A DNA stretch of 64,000 bases, taken from NCBI RefSeq assembly GCF_009914755.1, contig NC_060931.1, one strand, 5' to 3'. This stretch comes from the human T2T-CHM13v2.0 reference genome, Homo sapiens. Shown piece by piece: positions 13,668 through 34,249 of the stretch. Below the pieces are notes generated by a model. It was not told where the DNA came from and did not search any database. It saw only the letters and a list, made by a program, of their open reading frames with translations. A program made the translations under genes and the position numbers. Every line of letters begins with the position of its first letter. The stretch's first letter is position 1.

Positions 13668-14646
13668 TGTGTTCAGAATTGGTGGGTTATTGGTCTCACT
13701 GAAGCCACAGACCCTTGCAGTGAGTCATACAGTTCTTAAAGATGATGTGTCCAGAGTTTGTTCCTTCAGATGTTCAGATGTGTCCAGAGTTTCTTGCTTC
13801 TGGTGGGTTTGTGGTCTCGCTGACTTCAGGAATGAAGCTGCAGACCCTCACTGTGGGTGTTACAGCTCTTATACGCAGTGCTTCTGGAGTTGTTCGCTCC
13901 TTCCAGTGGGTTTGTGGTCTTAACTGGCCTCAAGAGCAAAGCTGCAGACCTTCGCGGTGAGTGTTACAGCTCATAAAGGCCAGGCAGGTCCAAACAGTGA
14001 GCAGCAGCAAGATTTATTGCAAAAAGCCAAAGAACAAAATGGAACAGGGGCAGTTTGCTACTGTTGACTTGGGTGGCCTGCTTTTATTCCCTTACCAGGC
14101 CCCACCCACAGCCTGCTGATTGGTTCATTTTACAGAGAGCTGATTGGTCCGTTTTGACAGAGTGCTGATTGGTGCAGCCAGCTTCACTGCTCACTCACAC
14201 TTGCTGGGGGGCTTTGTGGCACCTCGCCTGGGCACTCTGGCAGCACAGAGGGAGCTCATCCCAGACAACCAAGAGGAAAAGAGGGGAAGTGAGAAAGAGA
14301 TGGAGACCCGCCACCAAAGAGGGAACGGAGGTCCACGTACAGGACCCAGCCTCTGATCAAGCCCAGCAGGCACTGGCGGGCCGCGCCTACTACGGAGAGC
14401 TGAGCCTGTGCCCACCTGGAACCTGCGCCAGCCTGAAAGTGCGGCATGTAGCCCTGGCTCCCGCCCACGCCTCTCCCTCCACACCTCCCTGCGAGCAGAC
14501 AGAGCCAGCTCTGGCCTCAGCCAGCCTCAGAGAGGGGCCCCCACAGCACAGTGGCAGAAGGGCTCCTTGAGCGCTGCCAGAGTGGATGCCCAGGCTGGGG
14601 AGGCGCCGAGAGCGAGTGAGGGCTGCTAGCATGTTGTCACCTCTCA
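13668..14646 (-). mobile_element. LTR12-family (ERV9) solo LTR
   Basis: Minus strand begins TGAGAGGTGACAAC and ends CCACCAATTCTGAACACA; GAAGCTGCAGACC U5 repeats; 4-bp TSD TTAG (13664-13667, 14647-14650). Confidence 0.93.
14081..14172 (-). promoter_or_regulatory. LTR12 promoter core: three CCAAT (NF-Y) boxes plus AATAAA TATA-equivalent
   Basis: ATTGG at 14119, 14143 and 14168; CTTTTATT at 14081-14088; poly(A) signal TTTATT at 14013-14018. Confidence 0.65.
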
Positions 14647-14992
14647 TTAGTATAGAAATAACTTGAGTGATACTGTATTTATGCTACTGTGACTAATTTA
14701 ATTTTTTTGTCATGGAAGAAAATCCTTTGTGAGATTTAAATTTTTTCAAATTTCTTAAAACATTTCATGGTTGAACATATTTCTTATTTTAGGGAACATT
14801 TCATGTGTACTTGAAAGCTTGTTTATTCTGCAAATTTAGGGGTATAGTGTTTTACAAAATGTCAATTAGGTCAAGGGGGTTGACAATATTGTTAAAAGCT
14901 TCTATATCTTTCTTTTCCCTTCCTTCCTTCCTACTTTCCTTCTATTATTCCTTCTTTCTTTTTTCATTCATTCATTCATTTATTCTAGTTAG

Positions 14993-15407
<415 letters not shown>

Positions 15408-15936
15408 AACTCTTAATTATTGTGAAGTGACTCTATCTTGGTAATACTTCTTGTGTTACTAAGTTTTCCTAGCATTAATATAGCCACACCAGATATGTTT
15501 AAAATTTGCATGGTACATCTTTTTGGATCATTTTCCATTCAGTCTCTCCAAGTCTTTATATTTAAAGTGTATCTCTTGTAGATAGAATATACTTTTTTTT
15601 AACCTGAGGTCTTACTTTTTCTATCCAGTCTAACCATCTCTGCCTATTCATTGAAATATTTAGTCCATTTTCATTTAGTGTACTTCTTGATGATATTCAG
15701 TTTAGATCTACCCCGTTTTATTATTTTTCTCCTTGTCCCACTTGTTATTTTAGGTTAATCAATTGTTCTTTGTATTCCATCTTAATACTTCAAATTGCTT
15801 TTTTTTTACTGTAATTGTTTATGTAACGTGTTATGTCGTTCCACTAAAGAATACAATATATATACATTTTATCACAGTCTCCTTAGAGTTACTAATATAC
15901 CACATCACATGAACTGTAAGAAATTTGCAACAGTAT

Positions 15937-16756
<820 letters not shown>

Positions 16757-18024
16757 AGTATAAATGTACCCAACCCTCTCTTTTGTGTCTTCTGTATTAT
16801 TGTTGACATATATTTTACATCTATATATATTATAACCCCTAGTAAACAACATTTAAAATTTTTCATTATGCAGTCATTTATCTTTAAAAAACTTAAAAAT
16901 AGAAACGGTGTCTTTTATGTTTTATTTACCTACATAAATACATTTCTATATTCTCTATTTACTCCTGTAGAAAGTTTCTATATATGTCATTTTTTTCAGA
17001 TCAAAGAACTTATTTCAGTATGCCTCGTAGTGCAGTTCTACAGACAACAAGTTTACTCAGTTTTTTAAATCTCAAAATGTATTTTTAAAAATTAAGTCTT
17101 TATTGTTTTTGCTATGTATGACCACTGAAGTCTGTGTTCTATTAGCCTTGTGGTCAGCTGGTGATTTGCAGATGTTTCCTTTAACGTTTGGTATTAAAAA
17201 CAACAGCCACAACAACAACAAAAACAACTTTCCATGCCTTTGCAGATTGGTTCTGTGTTGGGACATTCCTGGAATGCATAGCCAGGCAGTTTATAACTCT
17301 ACTTTAGTCTTCACTTCCTGCTTGCATAAGCTGGAAGATCAATCAGAGATGAGAGCTTATGATCTTCTCAGGTCTTCTCTGAGCATGTTGTTAGCCTAGG
17401 CATGCATGTGGGTTTCTAGATTCCCTGAAATATGTAGAAGTTTCTTTAAGCCTTTATTTTTCTCAAGTATTTTCTTCTTCTGGCTCTTTCTTCCCAGGTT
17501 TTTTGGTCTATTGCTTTCCCTGACTGTTACGGCTCACCCCAAATGGCAGTGGCTAATTCATTTGCTTTAAATGCTTTCAAAAACTGCCACCTTGGAAGTA
17601 ATATCTGCCATAGAGAAGCTCCAGTGCAGGTGAAACAAGTGCAAACCCTTGAGTCAGTCCTCTAGGAAACCACCAGACAGATTAAATCACACAGCCACAA
17701 TTTAAAAAAAACAAAACAAAACAAGATTTCTATTCCTTCCCCTGGTACTAGTAACCTGCGCAAGGAATGCGAGCGCTGGAGACTTGGGGATGGCAATAGG
17801 GTAAGTTAAAATGCCACAGACTTCTCTTAACAAAATTCAGAAGCTTTTATTTCATGAAGTGCTTTCCTAGTTGTTGTAAATTTTTTATTAGATTTTAGAA
17901 TTCCACAAAAGTTGATTCTTAAAATTTTGGCTAGCTTTATTCAAAGGAACAGAGTTTTGTATATTCCTACATGGCCATATTCCCTGATGTCAGTCTTGCT
18001 TTCATATTTTTTTAATTGCCTTCA

Positions 18025-18323
18025 TTTTTTTTTTTTTTTTTTGAGACGGAGTTTGCTCTGTCGTCCAGGCTGGAGTGCAGTGGCGTGATCTCTGCTCACT
18101 GCAAGCTCTGACTCCTGGGTTCATGCCATTCTCCTGCCTCAGCCTCTTAAGTAGCTGGGACTACGGGCGCCCACCATCGCGCCCGGCTAATTTTTTTGTA
18201 CTTGTAGTAGAGACGGGGTTTCACTGTATTAGCCAGGATGGTCTCGATATCCTGACCTTGTCATCTGCCCGCCTCAGCCTCCCAGAGTGCTGGGATTACA
18301 GGCGTGAGCCACTGCACCTGGCC
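18025..18323 (-). mobile_element. AluY
   Basis: AluY diagnostics; TSD TTGCCTTCATTTT. Confidence 0.95.
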
Positions 18324-18921
18324 TTCTTGCCTTCATTTTTGAAGGACATTTTCACAAGGTATAGACGTCAGAGTTAGTGCTTTTTTTCCTCTCAGTATTT
18401 CAATAGTGTGCTTTATTGTATGCTAGAATGCACTATTTCTAATGAGAAATTAGCCCTTATTCTTATCATTATTCTCCTGCATATAATATGCCTTTCCGTA
18501 TTTCTAGTTGCTTGCAAGATTTTCTTTAGCTTTCAGCAATTTGATTATGATTACCTATATTTTCTTTTCTTTTTATGTTTACATATGGGGTTTTGCTGAG
18601 CTTCTTGGATCTGTAAGTTAGTATTTTTCATCCACTTTGAAAACCTTTCGATCATTTTTTTTCAAATATTTTTACTTCCAGTCCTCCTATTATCTCCTTT
18701 TTGTACTCCAAGCACATGTACTTAAGATAAATAGTGTCCCACAGATCAGAGTTACCCCTATTCGTTTAGTTTTCAAAGTTTTTCCTTTCCTCTTTATTTT
18801 TCATAATATATTACTACTATTGATTTTTATTCAAGTTTATTGACTTTTCCTTTTGCTACCTCTAATATTAAGACCAAACAATAGAATTTTTGCTTCCAAT
18901 ACTATAATTTTTAGTTCTTGA

Positions 18922-19247
<326 letters not shown>

Positions 19248-20201
19248 AAAACAATTTTCATTTATTCTTTGACATTCCTTTCTGGTTCACTGACTTTAAT
19301 GATCATTTCCTTTAAGCCAGTCGCTGAACATATTTATCATTAGCTGTTTGAAAGTTCAAGTCTGCTCATTTCAATATCTAGATGACCTCATGATCTGGAT
19401 CTATTAAATGTCTTGTCTTTTTCACATGCACCAACTTTTTTCTGTTTCTTTACATATATCTTCTTGGTGTACACCGAACAATTCAGATGATATATTGTAC
19501 AGACAATGGATTCTGTTATGTTCCTCTGAAAAGTCATAATTTATCTTCCAGTGTGCAGTTAGATTACTGACTGGCATGCTGAACTTTTGGAAGCTTGGTT
19601 TGGCACCTTGCTAAAGAAGGTGTGTTTAGGCTTTCCCTTTATTCATAAGAAAAATTCTTAGTTCTAAGGCACAAAAATACGTGAGAGTGTGGCCTCTCTT
19701 TGGTTTCCATGGGAACTCCCCTACCCTAGTAGATTTTACATCCAAAATTCTAATTTTCCTTCAGTGATCATCAGTCAGTATCCCACTCACCCTCTTCTGA
19801 CATCCATCTTTTACTTTCTGCTGAGTTTCTTACATATTTTCCTGCTCATGCACAGTTAAAGAGTCAGCCAAGGGAATGAGGGGACTTTATGTACAATATT
19901 GCTGGCTTTCATTTTGTGGCTTCCTTCGTTTCCTGAATGTATCTTCTCAATTTCCAGCCACCTGCCAAATTCAAACTCTGATATCACACCTCAAACCTGT
20001 AACACGGCAACTTTCTACTTGATCTCTAGAATTTGCCCCTAGACCCTGTGGAATAGGCAATGCTCAGGAGAAAAGCCATAAAAACATAGATCTTGCCCAG
20101 TGAATAATCCTTTTTCAAGGGTCAACTTCCCTCAAATTTCTGATTAATTTGTGTCAGTCTCCAGTGTTTTCAATAGCTCAATTTCTATTTTTGTATTATA
20201 A

Positions 20202-20526
<325 letters not shown>

Positions 20527-20681
20527 CATGTTTCTTAATTATTATTTGCAGGAGGGTTAGTTTGAAACAAGCCACTGTGACATTACTGAAACTGACAAGT
20601 TTAGAACTGGATTCCTTGGAGACATAGTGGACCCCAGATAGGATCCAAAGAAGTTGAGAAGTTAGGTTGGTGGGGTCTCAT

Positions 20682-21005
20682 TGTTGCAGGACTTTTCCTT
20701 AGTTCAGCTAAAAATGAGGTTCTTTGTCCTACGGCCATGAAAATTCAGGCTCACAATTTAAATGGTGAGTAAGACAGTGTTTTATTGGGTAAAAAGGAAG
20801 AAAAGGGGGAAACAGGGACTCTTGCAAGGCCAGAGTACGTCTGCTAGAGTGCTTCCTGCCGGCAGCTTAAATCCCATTTTCCACACAGGAAGAGGAGGGG
20901 CCAGGCTCCTCCCTGCTACAAACCCAGTGAACTTCTCAAGGCTCCACCTCAGTGGGTAGGCTGGTTGGAGTTTCTCCAGGGACTCCCTCCCACCTGGCTG
21001 TCTCA
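20682..21005 (-). mobile_element. MER61-like (ERV1) solo LTR
   Basis: Minus strand TGAGACAGCCAGGTGGGAG...GCTGAACTAAGGAAAAGTCCTGCAACA; 4-bp TSD TCAT. Confidence 0.8.
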
Positions 21006-21600
21006 TCATCTTCCTCCCTACTTAGAGATGATCTCCTTTTAATGTTTTATTTTATTCATCATTGTTGTTACTTATAAGATTTTATTTGGAAAATAAAATC
21101 TGTTAAGAATAATTTGGAAAATCACTGCAGCAGACCATTTATGCAGCAGATTTTGAATAAAATCATGACATGTGCTGTACCAGACTTTTAGATTTTGATT
21201 TCAGTTAATGACTAATGTTAGGGATTATGGTAACATTTTTAATAACCCAAAGCTATTTTTATATGTTCAGGCTTCTTCATTCATACTTCTGTGATATTGA
21301 AACAAATAGCATTTCCAGACAGAGAAAAAAAGCCTTTTATTTCAACATTTTATGGAGTGTGTAACTTATATTTAGGCTGTTGGCCAACATAGGAACAAAA
21401 ATTTTGATTGAAATTGTCAAATAGAATCCTCTCATTCCAGATTTCTGGTAATAGGAATAATTGAAGTATTTTGACACTCCTGAAGGTGAGAATACAACAA
21501 AGGGAAAAATTACAATGAAGTCACTATAGAATAAGGCCAATACATATTTTATTATATAGTTAACTTAGTTACATAAGATAGCAGTAGAAATATTATATAG

Positions 21601-21976
<376 letters not shown>

Positions 21977-22258
21977 TTACTTAACTATTGTTTCTGTCTG
22001 AAAATTTTATCATCCAGAATAATGTTCTTAATTGCTTTTGGAATGCACCATTCCAATACCTTTCATCAAGACAGAGTTTTTATCAATTTTATTTCTAAAT
22101 AAATGGGATTTAAATTTTTCAGTAATCATAATAAATAGCATGTTATATTTTCAATTTCAATGTTAATTTTATAATACTTGTTGGAGTGGAAGGAATTCTG
22201 TTTTTTTGTTCAATGTTACATTTTACCAAAAGAAAAAATATGAAGTGGACAAGATTAG

Positions 22259-22595
<337 letters not shown>

Positions 22596-23431
22596 CTTGT
22601 CTTACCTTTTTTAGAATGTTAAGAAATATCCTTAACATTTGTTTCACTAAGTTGCTGCAAAAATCTCTATTAGTGGTACAACTTTTCAGGTGAAGATTTT
22701 TGTTTGTTTTATATTGAAAACAGCCTGCAAAGGGTACTATATGATTACTTATAATTTTATGAGTCAGCTTATCTATTTTCAAGCTAATGTGAATAAAAGA
22801 TGAGTTAGAAAAACAAGCCAAGAGGTAAGATCTCAGAAGGAAATCTTGTAAAGTTAAGGTTTTACTTAGATAGAAGGTCACAAGAGATTATGTTATGCCT
22901 GGACTGAGAAGAAAATTAAGGATAAACACATAGAAAAGGGAGAAGGAAAGGGATGATGAAAAAATGGGGATGAGTTAGAAAAAAGGCAGAAGATATCCTC
23001 ATTCTGACCTTAAATATAAGCACTTTTTTACTCAAGTAAATATACAGAGAGATCATTTATTCCCCTCTTTCTATTTATAGATAATTTAAATTAGACCAGG
23101 CAGCTTATATGAATTTTCTCACGTTGGAAGGCTAGATACAATAAGAACAAGGACCAGGTGATCAGACTCTATCTGCACTCATTTCGGTTCAATTCAATGT
23201 ATTGCACAGTAAGTCAACTTGATGCTCTTTAACAACCCTATTTTATAAAAATTCAATTTACTCAAATATTAACTGCAAATTTGTTGTTATGGAGAATACA
23301 TTGCAATTGTCCTAATGAAGCTGAACAAAAAATCTCAACCTCATTGATGTAATGAGGTGAATGTAATCATCAAGAATATTAAATAGTTTGAAACACACTA
23401 ACAGAAACTTGCTAAATAAAGAGTAAAAATG

Positions 23432-23721
<290 letters not shown>

Positions 23722-24788
23722 AGCAAAAATGTTGAATATTTGTATGAACATCTTCCAGTTTCCCTTTGAATTATCTTATCTTCAAAGAGTTAGTCTTTCC
23801 CCACTTCATTTTGTTTTTGGTAATTACTTATTCTGCATTTTTAAAACAAGAATTATGCTTATATGATAATACATCAACAAGACCAATGGATATATATCCA
23901 TTTATAATTCTATAAATATATACCTACACACGTATATTTTTCTATCTTTAATTGTGTAACCATTTTCCTTAAGGGATTCATAAGAGTGCAGAATTTCTCA
24001 GAGTATACACCTAGATTAAAAGACAAACCACACATTTCATAGACTCTAAGATAGTCTCATAATAATAACAATCTTGAATGTTGCTTTAGAAACTTCTGCC
24101 AGATCTCAGGTCTGGAACTTGTTATACATAAGGGCATGATAAATAGCAAAAAATAAACAAGTGAGCTGAATTTTTAACCAAGGCAAGGAACAAAAACTGC
24201 CAACACACTGTCAGACCAAATAGCCCTGAAAGGCTCGTCTATGCCTAACTACCATTTAAGGGAAAGAAGGCAGAGGGAGAGGATAGAATAAAAGAATCTT
24301 TGGATTAGTTGCAAACATTAGCATTTTTGGATAGTTTAGCTTTGGTGGTGATGTGATCAAAAAATCAAAAAGCTTGATTTTAAATTCTGTAAACAAATAG
24401 TCTTTTCTTTTAGAACACAGTGCTTATTTTACAGGGGCATTCTTGGTTTATCTTTTATTTGAACCAATTTTTATCTCATAAACATCAATAACAAAAGAGA
24501 TGTCTGTAAGTACAGCAGTGAAAGATAGATTGTTAGTTTGAGAGTGGGTGACAGAATTATTTAGGGAGGGAGCTGTCTTTTCCTGAGCACGCGTATTATG
24601 AGCCGGATTTAGTTAGAAAAAGATAGATCTTAGGCATTTTATGGAGCTGTCTTAGGACTGATATACAAAAACTAAATTTCTCTTCTCTAACCTTAGTAGT
24701 AACATTAGAATACATTGGGGAGTTTCTTAAGGTTGCTCATAAAGAGAATGACATAGCTTGGGGACCTGAAAATGATTGGAATCAATGA

Positions 24789-25152
<364 letters not shown>

Positions 25153-26168
25153 CAGATGTCCCATTTTTAATGTAATTACAGTAGACAGTCATGATATTCT
25201 GTGCTTTGGGCACTATATCATAGGCTTCTGCATCTATTCCTAATTTTTTTTTTTTTAGTAAAATTCTCCTGCACAACTAAAGAGCTACAACATCGTGCCT
25301 ATGGTCAACAATACTGTATTGCACACCTAAAAATCTGTTTAAAAGCGAGATTTTATGTTGTGTTTCTACCACAAAAAGTATCATTGTGTAAATGTGATTT
25401 GAGAAATATAAGAAAAAAGAATATTATATGATTGGGTCCACATGGCACAGATAAAAGGAAAGGCTGCTAAGACGATTCCAGGCAAAGCAAGGAATGAAAC
25501 CCATAACTAGAAGATATGCAGGAATCACCTGGTGAGACTGAGGATAGTATATCCCACTATTCGTAGAAGGAAGTTATGAGTTCTCCCTTTTAAAAATGAA
25601 TAATGGGACACAATAACCCCAAAAGACTGGAGGACTTTAGGGAAGCTGAAAATGTTATATTTTGTCATGTTTAATTTAAATATCAAAATTTCTGTGAGAA
25701 TACCATTGTTCTGAATTCAGATGTCATGTTAAAGTTAATATTAAATTCATTAAAAACACATAGGTTTAAAAGCTATATACCAATGAAGACAATGCAGATT
25801 CTTAGCATATGAAATACTATTTAGCTAACCTTAAATAGTGACTAGTGTGCTTCCTCTTGCTACCCGTATCTTCTGACTTACTTTATCTTAATACGTTAGG
25901 TTTGGGGATTTTGTGTATACTCTTTCCCCAAACTTGATAATAATAAGATAAATTTCTAGGTCTGTCAATGGGGGAATCTTGTACAACTTTATCCTTTGAT
26001 AAGAGAAACATGTATTTCAACATTTAGTAAAATATCAATTCTACCAAGTTATTTATTAGTTCAGATCACTTTCTGGGTAAGCGTTATCGTGTTTTTTAGT
26101 TTTTTAAAAATTCCTTTATTATGGACACATTTTCTTTTTAAAAATAATATTTAAAAAAGCATACAGTT

Positions 26169-26492
<324 letters not shown>

Positions 26493-26640
26493 GCATACAG
26501 TTACTATTTTTAAAGAATTACCAAATTGTTAAAAAAATTAAGTTAGGTTTGGGGATTTTGTGTACATTCTTTCCTCTATTTTTAGATTTCTACTGCTACA
26601 CTATACCACACATTTTAGATGCTTAATAAAGTACACAGCA

Positions 26641-27011
<371 letters not shown>

Positions 27012-27154
27012 TTAGAAAAAGGTTTCAACCTTCCCTTCCAAATCTTCTGGAGCACCACTTTGCTAACAATACTCTTTATTCATTCTTGCTGCCTTCAACC
27101 AATTTAAAACCCTCATTTAATAAATGTTCTATCCCATGTTTCAGAATATCCATA

Positions 27155-27829
<675 letters not shown>

Positions 27830-28690
27830 CCGTATATCCAGTTGATTTTAAAATATAATTCTAAGAAAATATTTCTAACTATGCCCCTTACTTTTACTTA
27901 TTTGTTTAGTTTCTAAATCTAATAAAAATGCATCAAATTTTTGGGCCAAGGATGCCATGTTATATAATGGATGAATTTAACAAATTATAAAGCACTTCAA
28001 AACAGGAGCTGTTTATATCTCGAGACATTTCCTTTGGAGTTTCTCGTTACTGGTTGCAGAGACAAAACCAGAGAAGTTTTTTGAAGTTATACTCTAGCAA
28101 GATCTTACAGATCTGTATTCAAATCTATTTTCTGAGAGAATTATACCTATATTATGGGGATAAGTAGAAAAGATACAGAAACATAAATAAATGGAGGCTA
28201 GAATATTCTAAGATAATATGTTTTTATAAACATGTGTTTAGCTCCTCTGGCTGTTTTGCTTCAAGTCACTCACAATAATATATATAGTTAATTTTCATAA
28301 TCAAAATCATACATATTTATTGTTAATTCTTATCATCAGGAACTACATATTGTGCTACTTGTTGGAGAAATTTATGAAGCAGGACACAATGGGAATGATT
28401 TCAGGACAATGTTCTAGAGTGAGATGAGAGCTAGCTTGGGATATAAGTGGGTGGGTTGGCTCTGGTGGAGCAGGAATGCTTCTGTAATTTCAATGTTAAA
28501 CCCTAATCATGAGTAATTTCACATCTATGAGTACTATTAAAATGCCCATCACTAATCAGCTTCTAAGTCCTTCAGGAATCTAAGTGCTAATGTTTTCGAA
28601 TTCAGGTCCAAGTACTACATATCTGTCAAGACGGATATTTGCCACCAAAAAAATAACTGGGGAATCTTACATTTAAATAATATGATTGTT

Positions 28691-28977
28691 GGCCGGGCGC
28701 AGTGGCTCATGCCTGTAATCCCAGCATTTTGGGAGGCTGAGGTGGGCGGATCAGGAGGTCAGGACATTGAGACCATCCTGGCTAACATGGTGAAACCCCG
28801 TCTCTACTAAAAATACAAAAAAATTAGCCGGGGTTGGTGGCGGGCGCCTGTAGTCCCAGCTACTCAGGAGGCCGAGGCAGGAGAATGGTGTGAACCAGGG
28901 AGGCAGAGCTTTCGGTGAGCCGAGATCGTGCCACTGCACTCCAGCCTGGGCGACAGAGCAAGACTCCGTCTCAAAAA

Positions 28978-29024
<47 letters not shown>

Positions 29025-29025
29025 A
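28691..29025 (+). mobile_element. AluY with (TAAA)n tail
   Basis: AluY diagnostics; TSD ATGATTGTT. Confidence 0.95.
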
Positions 29026-29094
29026 ATGATTGTTATTAAAAAAACTGATTACCTGGAAAACCATGTATGTTTTCAGAAGAATATCATGTAAATA

Positions 29095-29446
<352 letters not shown>

Positions 29447-29849
29447 TTAGTGAATCCAAATCAGTTTTGTTCCTGTCCATAACACTTTATGTTATGAGGA
29501 TGCACTGAGATAAGCATTTCATGTGTCACTGGTGGGTGATGAAATCGGTACAACTTTATGAAAAGAAATTTGGTGTTATCATGTCAACAGCACTGATATG
29601 TACATGCCCTTTGATACCAATATGCTTGTTCTCAGAAACCAATCTAAGGCTAAAAGAATTTAAAATACAGGGAGGGAAATATGTGTTGTATAAAATGTTT
29701 ATTGCAGTAATGCTTTCAACAGGAAATATAAGTGAATGAAAATGTCCAGTAATATATTAATGTTTTAATATTAATCATTTGCAAAATGAAATATTACACA
29801 GCCATTCAAAAGTATTTTCCTTATGGCTATGTAAGAATATCAAAATACT

Positions 29850-30151
<302 letters not shown>

Positions 30152-30805
30152 TCAAAATACTTTGTTAGAATTTTAAGAAATTATAACAAGTAGGCATATA
30201 ATTAAACATGCATAAAAATATAGAAAGAATGGCTTATAAAATGCACCTAGATGCACAAAGATATATGAAATGCACTGTTACAAACCCATTGCCATTTGTT
30301 TATCAAATGCTCTGTGAGGTATTTTTTTTTAAAGGGGCTTTAAAATCACATACCTATAGGTGTATAATATTTGCCTTAAAGCCATTAAATTCTCTTAGCT
30401 AAGATATAACGGAAGGTCTTGCTGTTAACAAAAGGAGAGACTTAAAAGTAATACTACTACTTGTGGATTTGATTTGCCCATTAGTGATTCCCAATTTAAG
30501 GCAGACAAGCAGGAGTTTCTTTTCTATTCCCTACTGAAGATTTGTTTCTGAGTAGGACTTATTTGCTGTCTAGTCATGTGGCAACAGATCTCACATTCTT
30601 GCCATCTCCATGATGCAGTCCCTAGCTATCAGATTAAACAGCTTTTCTTGGATTCATGTTGACTACTTTTTTTAAAATCTGAAATTTCTCTTTCAAATGA
30701 TGGTTTTGGATCCTGCCATTAGGCTCTATAAAGGCAATGAGCATGGAGTTTCTCAGAAATCGAGTGCTCATTCTTCATAGGCTCCCTTTCCCTCTTTTAA
30801 AAAAT

Positions 30806-31148
<343 letters not shown>

Positions 31149-32435
31149 TAACTTTTGGACTTTAAGCAACCAGGCTAGTTCGAAGAGAAAAAGAAAAAGA
31201 AACTAAAACAAATAAACCAAAACAATTACGTAATTCTCTTTTCACCAGTTAACTTTGCAAGTGGCTATTACCTATTACAGATTTTACTCTTATCCCAACC
31301 AAGTAATAGAGAACAATGAATCTATTTGTTTGACAGCTGACATAATTTAAGAGATGGAATCTTTGCAATATTTCCTAAGGTAACCTTCTTCTCTTGCCCC
31401 ATTAAGGGTCCATTTTTTTCTAATTGCCAATGAATAAGGAGGCCAAAGTAATGGGGGTTTTATTGCATACATATAGTTATTTAAGTGCTATTTTCTATCC
31501 ACTATATTTCAATTACCACCATTGCTACCTCATTGCAAGTTACCATACTGGATGCCATAAGAATTGCTAAGTCTTGCCCTAGTGTGCTTTGAGCACGAAG
31601 GAAAAAATGCAATTGAGGCAACAGTGACATTTTCTAGAGGGTGCTGGGATACTGATGTTTATCCATTAGTCTGGATGGGTCCTTATAGCTCTTCAGTATA
31701 GTAACATTTCAAATAGTATACATCAATGATATGAAGTGATGACAAAGTCAAGCATTAAGCACTCTAAAGCCATATTAAAAATTCCTTCACTCGGTGGGGC
31801 GTAGTTTGTGGCTCTGCTTTGCTTTACAGACAGATTCTTCAGGAGTTTAGAAGCCAATACAAATTTAAAACTCAAGAAGTTCAGTTATACACTGAAAGGA
31901 AAAGTTAAAAATTGCCAAATAACCAATAAAATGTGGGAAAACATCTGTTTTGAACTACTAATAATGGTTATATTAACACTAGTAAATAAACAGTAAAAGA
32001 AGCATTCTGTGTTTATTCTTTGCCTCAAGAACTTAATTTCTTAGGTTCTTAATTAGCTTAGGAAATGAGTGAAAAATATTTTCTTGGATAAATGTACTTG
32101 AATATTCTCTACCAATATGTACTGTTATACTGATGATCCTTTGAGAAAATAAGATTTTTGAATTGTATAAGATTTGAAATTTTATAAATTATGAGAATAT
32201 ATTGCCTCCACAGAGATGTTAACTGCTAAAAAGTATACTGTTCTCATCAATGACTATCTGCTCTTATCACTTAGTATCTGTTGTTATGATTAAATAAATA
32301 CCACCTTAAAAAAACTAAAACTCTATATTCTGATTATGTACAATTTGCACATGCAAATAAATTGCATTCAGAATAAGATTTATAAAGTTAAACATTTTAT
32401 TAACTTCTCCATCTTTGTTACATTTCAATAATTGA

Positions 32436-32772
<337 letters not shown>

Positions 32773-32945
32773 GGGTCTTGTGTGTCTTTCTTACCACTTA
32801 TTCAAGACAATTCAAAAGTTTGGTGGAAGGATGTATAATCAAGAAAGATAGTTGCTGAATTATTTTAATGTTTTTAATCGGTGAAAAAAAATTCAGTTCT
32901 GTGTTAAATGTTGTATTTGTAAAGGGGCAAAACCAGAGTTATTAA

Positions 32946-33265
<320 letters not shown>

Positions 33266-33694
33266 GAAGTCCACAATTTTCTTACCCTGAGTGTGGAATC
33301 AAAACCTTGCTTAGAGTCTAAATAACTCTAGCTATCAGCACAATAACAAATTGAAACTCATTTTTAAAACCACTTGACATCTGAACTTTAAATAACCTTC
33401 TATATTATCTGTATATGATTGCTTTTCTTGTTTAAAGCATTATGTTGAAAAATGTATCTGCATAAAAATACCAATTTTGGTTATGAAAAGCAATTATTAT
33501 TGATATATTGTTATCAATGACATCTAAATAGTCACCTGCCTGATATGTCCTCCACTTTGTGCATATCACTTCTGCTTTAGGGAACATACCCATTTTTTAG
33601 TATTTAATTCATGAGTTTTACAATCAATTCCAATGAACTTGTACAACACAGATAACGCTTATGTAGTACTTGCTTACGTTGAAATATTTTATGA

Positions 33695-34015
<321 letters not shown>

Positions 34016-34109
34016 TAGTGTTTCTTTATTGTAAAGATTTGTTTATTTCACAGTTTTAGACATAATCTTAAAGTTTATCTATTCCATGGGTTTACAACTT
34101 TGGTGCTAT

Positions 34110-34249
34110 GCAGTAGAGTATGTCTAGCAGTATTCCTGACTACTAGCCACTAAAGCCAAAAGCAGCTCTCTAGTGTGACAGCCAAAAGTGTCTCCAGAAG
34201 TTCCCAAATGGTCACTTGTAGATAAAACAGCCCTTGTTGAGAAACACTG
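34110..34249 (-). mobile_element. MER20 fragment
   Basis: GTGACAGCCAAAAGTGTCTCCAGA..CCAAATG..GTTGAGAAACACTG. Confidence 0.7.

Noticed and set aside
13669-14647. Overlapping ORF cluster and CpG-richer patch
   Set aside because: Fully explained by GC-rich LTR12 sequence; not a gene or an independent CpG island.
22799-22983. 15-bp direct repeat GATGAGTTAGAAAAA, 170 bp apart
   Set aside because: Short and A-rich within a purine-rich tract; weak evidence.
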